Assembly: GCA_963707325.1 (NCBI GenBank)
Contig: CAVPPV010000001.1
Location: 188,416 to 252,415 of the forward strand
Direction of reading: 5' to 3'
Length of the DNA: 64,000 bases
From: an uncultured Acidobacteriaceae bacterium
GTDB lineage: Bacteria > Acidobacteriota > Terriglobia > Terriglobales > Acidobacteriaceae
The notes under the pieces: generated by a model
The model's input: the letters and a program-made list of their open reading frames with translations, nothing else
Database searches by the model: none
What the model was told of the DNA's origin: nothing
In this document: one piece after another, positions 58,093 through 64,000 of the stretch
Numbering within the stretch: the stretch's first letter is position 1
How the letters are laid out: every line of letters begins with the position of its first letter
Position numbers and translations under genes: made by a program

Positions 58093-58322
58093 GCCGTCCG
58101 CCGAAGTTGCGGAGGTTGCGGAGAAACTGGGTTAGTTTACCCCTCGGGAAGGGCACGAGTTCCACTCGTGCCGTAAACCGTGCAACATCCATGCGGCTTC
58201 CAGCCGCTGAGGTTTCGCTCTTCCTCCTGCGGGACTTTTTCAGCTACCGCGCAAGCCGCGGGTCCAAAGCGAAGGAAAGAATCAGCCCCGAAGGGGCGAA
58301 AGAGAAGGACAATACAGATTCA

Positions 58323-59705
58323 CTACGGTCGGTTTCCGCTGCTCTCGGCGCGCGCCTGTGCGCCCGGCTGCAGCGGTTTGCGGGTGCGCACCGCCACTTC
58401 AGCCTCTGAGCCGTTCAGGGCTTTGTGCAGAAGCTCCCAGTCGCGCGTAACGTCACTTTCAGAAACCTTGGGTGGATTCCCGCGCCTCAGTTCGTCATGC
58501 AACCGGGCCTCAAGCAACTGCTGCACCAATTGCCCCGGCGCGTTATCGGCCAGGATGTTGCTCCCGGAAACGCCCACACTCACCACTTCTTCTCCCAAGT
58601 GTATCCGTAGGATCGGCCTTCCCTGAGCATCGAGATCCGGCGCGGTGTTGCGGAACAGGTGTCCCCATCGTTCGATGCGCGCTCGGTTGCTGTCGGAAGT
58701 CGGATCGGCCACCAGATGTTTCAGTTCGATCTCGTAGGCCCGGCGATCCTCAGCTCCGATCGGCGGCTCCAGCGTGCGCTGGGCGTTGAAAACCAGCGCC
58801 TGCCGCGCCGGATCAAAGTGGCCCGCGCCCGTCCCTACATATACCGCGGCTACACAACCCGCAAAGATCGGACTCGCCACGGCGCTGGGAACAATGTATT
58901 TCTTCGATTTCAAGAACGATTCCACCACTCCATGCGCTTGCGAACTGCGTGCCATGCTGCCCGGCACCTGCGGAATCACGTAGCGCGAGAACTGCAATTG
59001 CGGATGGTGCCCGCTGAACTTGATCAGGGTCTTCGCCATCTGCTTGGGTGTGGTGATTCCGATATCGGCGATCACGCTCCGGTGCAGCGATTTCGGGTAG
59101 TAAAAGTTGATGACGTCTTTGGCAAAGTCGGCGCAGTTGCGGTAGCTGAGATGAAAGCGTGACCGGTTCGGCGCCGAGTTATATCGCTCGATGAAGGCCT
59201 GGTCCTGCTCAGAAGTGGTTTCAATTTCAAATGCATAGACGGCGCGGTCGTAAGAAGAACCAACCAACTCATACCAGTTGCCGCCCGGAGTTTCTCCGTT
59301 GTCCCGGTCCGGCGCCACACTCTCCAGATGTTTGCGGCGGTATTGATCACGCAGAAACAGCGCCATCTTCGCATCGACAAACAGCGGAATATCATCCTGC
59401 CGCTCGACCGCATAGAGATAAGGGATCAGCGGGATCGCCACCCAGTCATACCCGCCCACTCCGTCATAACGGCTGATCACGGCCCCCAGTTCTCCCGGAG
59501 CGCAGGCGCGCAGCACCAGCGGAGTTTCGGCACACACTCCAGACAAATACACGGCCGCATGTCCAGTCGCGGTGAAGAATCCCATCTTGCCGTAAGGCTC
59601 TTCGAGAAAAAGCGTAGCCGACGACGCGCCAGCCAGGCAGGCGGACCCCGCCACCAGCACCAACAACGTGCCCACCGCGCGCCGTATTCTCCCCAGACAA
59701 GGCAT
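58323..59705 (-). CDS. Conserved-looking hypothetical protein with N-terminal signal/anchor
   Basis: 460-aa ORF with a normal codon pattern. No motif that I recognise. Confidence 0.6.
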   Translation of the reverse strand: MPCLGRIRRAVGTLLVLVAGSACLAGASSATLFLEEPYGKMGFFTATGHAAVYLSGVCAETPLVLRACAPGELGAVISRYDGVGGYDWVAIPLIPYLYAVERQDDIPLFVDAKMALFLRDQYRRKHLESVAPDRDNGETPGGNWYELVGSSYDRAVYAFEIETTSEQDQAFIERYNSAPNRSRFHLSYRNCADFAKDVINFYYPKSLHRSVIADIGITTPKQMAKTLIKFSGHHPQLQFSRYVIPQVPGSMARSSQAHGVVESFLKSKKYIVPSAVASPIFAGCVAAVYVGTGAGHFDPARQALVFNAQRTLEPPIGAEDRRAYEIELKHLVADPTSDSNRARIERWGHLFRNTAPDLDAQGRPILRIHLGEEVVSVGVSGSNILADNAPGQLVQQLLEARLHDELRRGNPPKVSESDVTRDWELLHKALNGSEAEVAVRTRKPLQPGAQARAESSGNRP

Positions 59706-59895
59706 GGCTATTCCCTAGTAAGAACCCCCTCTGGAAAGATTAGTTGCCGCTGGTCACGAACGCGAGTTACCGAAGTCAGAAAGTTAACCAAGATTCGGGC
59801 TGGCAGCGCGTATTTGATAGAAAACTCAACAGATAACAGAGTGTGAAAGGAATGTTAAATCTGCATCACGACCCTCCGGAACTGGAAAAATCTGA

Positions 59896-60141
59896 TCGCC
59901 AAAATTCATTTTTTCGATAGCACTTGATAAACCGGGAATCAAGCGCCGTGGCTTGAATGTGTTCTGCCACACTAGTGCGTCCTTCATGGACAGGTTGAAT
60001 ACGCCCATGACGGTTCGCCAGGAGAGGCTCGGTCATGCTCCGGGTTCTCCCGTAAACCTGGCTCACTACACGCATTCGGTGGGCGAGGACAACCGGAAAG
60101 TGGCCGATCAAATGGGAGCGGCTTGGGGTATGGTGAACTAA
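59896..60141 (+). pseudogene. Tyrosine recombinase (phage integrase family) C-terminal remnant
   Basis: GLNVFCHTSASFMDRLNTPMTVRQERLGHAPGSPVNLAHYTH matches the (R)HT..AS..LGH..Y catalytic end. The N-terminal roughly 250 aa are absent and the box Arg is replaced by Cys. Confidence 0.7.
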
Positions 60142-60180
60142 CCTTGAAATTCTGGCCCTAGGTTGGACTCAAAAGCGACT

Positions 60181-60222
60181 GCCTTAAACGACAAACGACC
60201 CGCAAGTTTTTGAACCTGCGGG
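60181..60222 (-). terminator. Outward-facing terminator-like hairpin at the left end of the inverted element
   Basis: On the minus strand: cccgcaggttcaaaaacttgcggg followed by tcgtttgtcgttt. Confidence 0.5.
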
Positions 60223-60455
60223 CCGTCCGGTGGACTGTTTGGGATTGACCAAGAGGTGGTCACTCTACGTGGCCTCTCACGGCGACTCCCGGGTCGGGGC
60301 CGAAGCCCAAGGATGGCAGCCTTCGCACGACCGACGCGATGCCTTCATCCAAACTCACCGGCTAGTGTGCGGGCTGTAGCTGCGGCGCGATCTGACTTTT
60401 TAGATCAGGTCTGCGTCCGAAGCCCCGCTTAGAGCAACCAGCTCTAACTCTCAGC
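60199..60455 (-). ncRNA. Left copy of inverted structured element; candidate 3'UTR RNA of the zinc-ribbon operon (or a terminal inverted repeat)
   Basis: The 55-nt core 60223-60277 is the reverse complement of 62052-62106 with one mismatch. Further shared blocks at 60369-60380 and 60418-60455. Confidence 0.45.
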
Positions 60456-60864
60456 TGTTATCGCTGTACGGGTAATCGTCGATGATGTGCCGCTTGACGA
60501 ACCTCTCCCACCAAGTCCGCGCTGGTGGGCTATCCACGGCTATCCTGGTTACAGGTATTCTCTGTTGCCGGGCAGTGGGTGGCAACTGTTTCGCCTCTGG
60601 TGTGTGCGTTCCATGTGGCTCTGCGGGCGCTGCACTCGGCTGTTGTCTGGGCCTCTCAACTCGGCGAACCCTGATCCTACCATTGGTACCGTAGCCATAG
60701 TAGGTAACTGCGTCGCGGCGTTGTTGTCGGTGCCGCCTAACCCGGTGAACCCCGAGCGTCACACCACAGCCGGTACATCTCACCGTCCGCTCGCCCGTTA
60801 CCATCGTTGCACCACAGAAGCAGTGAAAATGGAATTGTCGCTCGACGGAGACTTCCGGTGGCAT
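60451..60864 (-). CDS. CFCG zinc-ribbon protein paralog 3 (hypothetical)
   Basis: FHFHCFCGATMVTGERTVRCTGCGVTLGV followed by an Arg-rich tract. GGAGG 5 nt before the ATG at 60864. Confidence 0.6.
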   Translation of the reverse strand: MPPEVSVERQFHFHCFCGATMVTGERTVRCTGCGVTLGVHRVRRHRQQRRDAVTYYGYGTNGRIRVRRVERPRQQPSAAPAEPHGTHTPEAKQLPPTARQQRIPVTRIAVDSPPARTWWERFVKRHIIDDYPYSDNS

Positions 60865-60882
60865 GTCGTCCTCCAATCGCTC

Positions 60883-61389
60883 CTACCAATGCAGCAGATC
60901 GTACACGTAGTACAGCAACACAGAGAAAAGGGCCAGGTAAACCAACAGCGTCTTGATGTCCCATGCTTGCAGGTAACCCCAAGTCTCCCGGTGCGGGGGC
61001 ATGTTCCAGTCCAGGCCCCTAAGCAGGCCAATCTCGACGGTCTTTCCACACTTGGCACAAGTCACGACCTTGGCCCGGCTCACGGTCTCTCCCGTCGCTG
61101 GGAGAGGGGCACCACAGAAACATTGAAAATCGCAATTGCACTCGGAAACGATTTTCTCTGTCCCGAATTCTCTCCACCAGGTCAGTCTTTCAGGAGTGAG
61201 TTTCGAGTGCGAGCGGAGGCCATACACCTTCGCTCTCAAGAACACCCTGAATAACGCGAGGCCACCCAAGCCGTAAAGCAACTGACGCCAGCCGCGGTGA
61301 TAAAGAAAAAGGAGGAAGGGCGAAGCTACAAGCGTGACAGCGACAACCTCGCGGAGGGATCGTCCTGTGGAAGTATCACGCGAGGTCAT
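60883..61389 (-). CDS. CFCG zinc-ribbon membrane protein paralog 2 (hypothetical)
   Basis: N-terminal TM segments, CDFQCFCGAPLPATGE..VTCAKCGKTVEI, and C-terminal TM tail LLVYLALFSVLLYYVYDLLHW. GGAGG before the ATG at 61389. Confidence 0.6.
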   Translation of the reverse strand: MTSRDTSTGRSLREVVAVTLVASPFLLFLYHRGWRQLLYGLGGLALFRVFLRAKVYGLRSHSKLTPERLTWWREFGTEKIVSECNCDFQCFCGAPLPATGETVSRAKVVTCAKCGKTVEIGLLRGLDWNMPPHRETWGYLQAWDIKTLLVYLALFSVLLYYVYDLLHW

Positions 61390-61422
61390 GTGCCTGCCTC
61401 CAACCAAGCGTTTTGCTGACTC

Positions 61423-61704
61423 CTAGCAACTCAGCAAGTCGTACAAGTAGTATGCCAACAAAGAGTACAGGATGGAGTAGGTCATCGGCTTTTCGACCAG
61501 TTGCAGCACATCGTCAGCACCTATACGCGCAGCTGAGTACCAGCGGTGGTGGGTGCGCTTCCGGCGGTGTCGGTGAGCGCGCCGCCGAATCTCGAAGGTC
61601 AGGCCACAGTTGGCACAACTCGCCGTCTTTTCGGTCGCTACGATGGGCGCACCGCAGAAGCATTGAAGGTGATACTCGACAACGGTTTCCGGTGCCGGAG
61701 TCAT
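61423..61704 (-). CDS. CFCG zinc-ribbon tail-anchored protein paralog 1 (hypothetical)
   Basis: YHLQCFCGAPIVATEKTASCANCGLTFEI, RRRAHRHRRKRTHHR, and C-terminal TM tail YSILYSLLAYYLYDLLSC. Confidence 0.6.
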   Translation of the reverse strand: MTPAPETVVEYHLQCFCGAPIVATEKTASCANCGLTFEIRRRAHRHRRKRTHHRWYSAARIGADDVLQLVEKPMTYSILYSLLAYYLYDLLSC

Positions 61705-61806
61705 TTCGTGGCGCTCCAACTGGACTGCTTACGGCACAGCATACGCCCGGGGAGCCCTAGTGGGAATGTATTTGTTCAGCAAGGGTGACCCGGCACCAGA
61801 GTGTCA

Positions 61807-61835
61807 TTGACACAAAATGCGAGAGCGGATAATCT
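61807..61835 (+). promoter_or_regulatory. Sigma70-like promoter (TTGACA-N17-TAATCT, or N15-GATAAT) facing the right element copy
   Basis: TTGACA at 61807-61812; GATAAT at 61828-61833; TAATCT at 61830-61835. Confidence 0.5.
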
Positions 61836-61841
61836 GCGCTT

Positions 61842-62144
61842 AACACCGGAAAGGAGGTGGTCGGATGACAAGTTCAGAAGGCAGTAGTAGACGTACCCAA
61901 AGACCGGGTGAGGTGGCTGAGACTTAGAGCAGGTCGCTCTAAGCGGGGCTTCGGGCGTTTTTCGACGTTCGAGGCTACAGCCCGCATACTATCGGTGAAT
62001 AAGGATTGATTCCGCCTGACGCAGGTCGGTCAGGAGCCCGGAGTAGCCAGTAGAGGCCACGTAGAGTGACCACCTCTTGGTCAATCCCAAACAGTCCACC
62101 GGGCGGCCCACAGGTTTAATAGCCTGTGGGCTGTTCTATTTTTC
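61842..62144 (+). ncRNA. Right copy of inverted structured element; candidate RNA of about 300 nt from promoter to terminator
   Basis: Homology to the left copy spans 61915-62130. Hairpin ttagagc/gctctaa. The 55-nt core. Terminator hairpin at 62107-62130 plus ctgttctattttt. Confidence 0.45.
62107..62144 (+). terminator. Outward-facing terminator-like hairpin at the right end of the inverted element
   Basis: cccacagg-tttaatag-cctgtggg followed by ctgttctattttt. Confidence 0.55.
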
Positions 62145-62255
62145 ACCGGGGCAGAAGGCCGCCCGGAATTTTCAATGAGCGCTAAAGCCCTGATTTCGAC
62201 AATAAGCTTTGGCTCGGAGTACCCTTCACAGAAGTAATTCTGCCGAGGCCCAACT

Positions 62256-62828
62256 ATGTGGGACAACGCCAAGTCTGTGGAAGCGGCAATCAAGCGACTG
62301 ACCCGCGAGATCGAGGAAATTGATGACTTCTTCTACAAGGGCAAGGAAAACGATGACCGCGTCCTGTATGCCGGGATGCTCGAACGCAAGCGTGATGATG
62401 TGGTGCGTTCGGCAGTGTTGCAAATGCATACGGCCATCGAAGACCTTCTGAACTCGCTCATCACTTTCCACATTACCGGGGACACTCGTCGCTGGCGCTC
62501 CCCGCGCAGCCTGTCAGCGCGAGCGTTGCGCAAAATGCTTGTTGGTGCCGGCAGCCTTGGTTTCGAGATGAAACTTAACTTTGCCCTTGCGCTTAGGGTT
62601 ATCAACAACAAAACAAAAGAAAGACTTGCCATCTTGAACACCGTACGCAACAAGTGCAGCCATAATTGGGTGCTCAAAGTACCTGTGCGCTATGGGAAAC
62701 GACCTGCGCAAAAAAAACCTCCTCTACTTCTCTATGAAGGCCGCGATCTTCACAGCGTCGCGGCGCTCAAAGACTTCACGAGCGAATACGGCGGTATTTA
62801 CGTCAGGCTGTACATGGAAATCCCTTAG
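62256..62828 (+). CDS. HEPN-like (Rx4H motif) protein, hypothetical
   Basis: All-helical-looking 190-aa ORF with LNTVRNKCSHNW (R-x4-H, RN..H.W as in DUF86-type HEPN). Codon usage looks lower in GC than the core genes. Confidence 0.55.
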   Translation: MWDNAKSVEAAIKRLTREIEEIDDFFYKGKENDDRVLYAGMLERKRDDVVRSAVLQMHTAIEDLLNSLITFHITGDTRRWRSPRSLSARALRKMLVGAGSLGFEMKLNFALALRVINNKTKERLAILNTVRNKCSHNWVLKVPVRYGKRPAQKKPPLLLYEGRDLHSVAALKDFTSEYGGIYVRLYMEIP

Positions 62829-63073
62829 CTGGGTTCCTCCTGCTTGCTTCCCTTGTGCAGAGTCTATGGGTTTTTCTGTGACTGTTAGCTTGACTATTAG
62901 AGAGTCTGGAAGCGAGTTGTGCGGCTAGAATCCTTTGATTCTGCTAGAGATAGTGTGGAAGTGTGCGTCAATCGCACATTAGTACGAAATCGGCCTGTGC
63001 GTCAACCGGCACGAAAGTGGGTGTCGAGAGTTGCAACCCCCCGGTCCTGTACGTCGCGCTGAACAAGAAAAAT

Positions 63074-63183
63074 CCACCACGGAGACACGGAGGCACGGAG
63101 GAAGATCGAGAAAGGACCTGTCACGCAGAACCCTGATCTGAAGTTCCAGCATGGCTTTTCTCCGTGACTCTGTGACTCCGTGG
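63074..63183. repeat. MITE-like palindromic element (ccacggagacacggagg arms)
   Basis: Left arm 63074-63101 is complementary to right arm 63160-63183. Same arm family as 14616-14800 and 53925-53945. Confidence 0.7.
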
Positions 63184-63209
63184 TAGATTTTGAATTTGGT
63201 GCTGGATCG

Positions 63210-63593
63210 ATGACGATGGGAACCGCCTCAAAGCCGTCAACGGTGGGAGATATTCTGCGCCAGCGCTGTCCGCGCTGCCGCATGGGAAACATCTATCGTT
63301 ATTCCATCTTCCGGGGATTTCCCAAGATGCACGAGCGCTGTCCCGTCTGCGATCTCAAGTTTGATCGTGAGCCGGGCTACTTCCTGGGCGCGATGTATGT
63401 CAGTTACGGTTTGGGGATCGTAATGGTTGGGCTGATCGCGGCGCTGCTGTGGTGGGTGACCGGATGGTGGATCACGAAAGATACGATCTGGGCCGTGGTG
63501 ATATTCCTGCCGCTCGCGCCTACGATCACACTGTTGGCGCGCGTGCTCTGGATCTATCTTGACCAGACTGTCGATCCGGAACGGCGGCCCTAG
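63210..63593 (+). CDS. DUF983 domain membrane protein
   Basis: CPRCRMG..x..CPVCDL zinc ribbon followed by two TM helices. Confidence 0.75.
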   Translation: MTMGTASKPSTVGDILRQRCPRCRMGNIYRYSIFRGFPKMHERCPVCDLKFDREPGYFLGAMYVSYGLGIVMVGLIAALLWWVTGWWITKDTIWAVVIFLPLAPTITLLARVLWIYLDQTVDPERRP

Positions 63594-63785
63594 CGGAAAT
63601 TGCGCGTTTACGAGAACTGTCACGGAGTTTTTACTTATTTTTACGTTCGGGCTTGCAACCCGCCTGCATGCTGGAGCGTTCATAGTTGGGTTCACAGATA
63701 CAATCGGAGGGGCATCCGCGAACGCACCCGTTTCCCGGGATGTGAATCGCCGGGATGCGCTATGCTCAAAAGGGAGAAACGTGGA

Positions 63786-64000
63786 ATGAAGCGCTGCGCG
63801 CTCGCAACGATTACTTTGATGGTCATGATTGGCTCGCCGGCTTGGGCCCAAGATTCGACGCCGAAGGTGCAGGTGTTCGGCGGATATTCGCTGATGCACA
63901 CGCCCTCGGGAGGATTGACGGGCCCGGATGTGGACGCGGCCCTGCACCAGAATTACGGCACGTTCGGACTGAGGAGCGCCTTCAATGGCTGGAGTGTGGA
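63786..64000 (+). CDS. Outer-membrane beta-barrel (porin family) protein, 5' partial at the window end
   Basis: MKRCALATITLMVMIGSPAWAQ signal peptide, then KVQVFGGYSLMH first strand. The ORF is still open at the window end. Confidence 0.6.
   Translation, partial: MKRCALATITLMVMIGSPAWAQDSTPKVQVFGGYSLMHTPSGGLTGPDVDAALHQNYGTFGLRSAFNGWSV

Overview
High-GC chromosomal segment, probably from an Acidobacteriota-like genome. That assignment is inferred from gene content and from the dense REP-type repeats, not from a search. I support about 65 protein genes and one tRNA-Leu(CAG). The core content is housekeeping. It includes an aromatic amino-acid supraoperon (trpC-trpF-trpB-trpA, chorismate mutase, DAHP synthase, tyrA), scoAB, a LolC/E-type permease and lolD, pyrE, mtnA, clpC, queG and ligD. 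It also includes a ClC channel with a MarR regulator, a Ser/Thr kinase, a 1300-aa sedolisin with Ig repeats, a GAF-PP2C phosphatase and two vapBC pairs. Almost every intergenic spacer carries hairpin repeats from several REP-like families or word-repeat palindromes, and some of these run into coding termini. Three segments look accessory. (1) 1-4431 holds two diverged copies of a module made of a conserved non-coding leader plus a PD-(D/E)xK-like nuclease. They bracket a 182-bp REP tandem array, a REP-associated tyrosine transposase and a TIR-like ORF. (2) 31103-32621 is an arsR-SDR insertion flanked by a duplicated clpC 3' end. (3) 59.7-63.06 kb is a REP-free island that looks lower in GC. 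It has an integrase remnant and three tandem paralogous CFCG zinc-ribbon proteins, bracketed by inverted copies of a roughly 220-260 nt element with compensatory hairpin changes and outward terminators. One copy sits between a sigma70-like promoter and an Rx4H (HEPN-like) ORF. This island is my best candidate for an undescribed system. Five genes carry apparent frameshifts, three of them in G/C runs, so sequence quality needs checking. All calls come from reading the sequence and ORF translations by eye; no searches were run.
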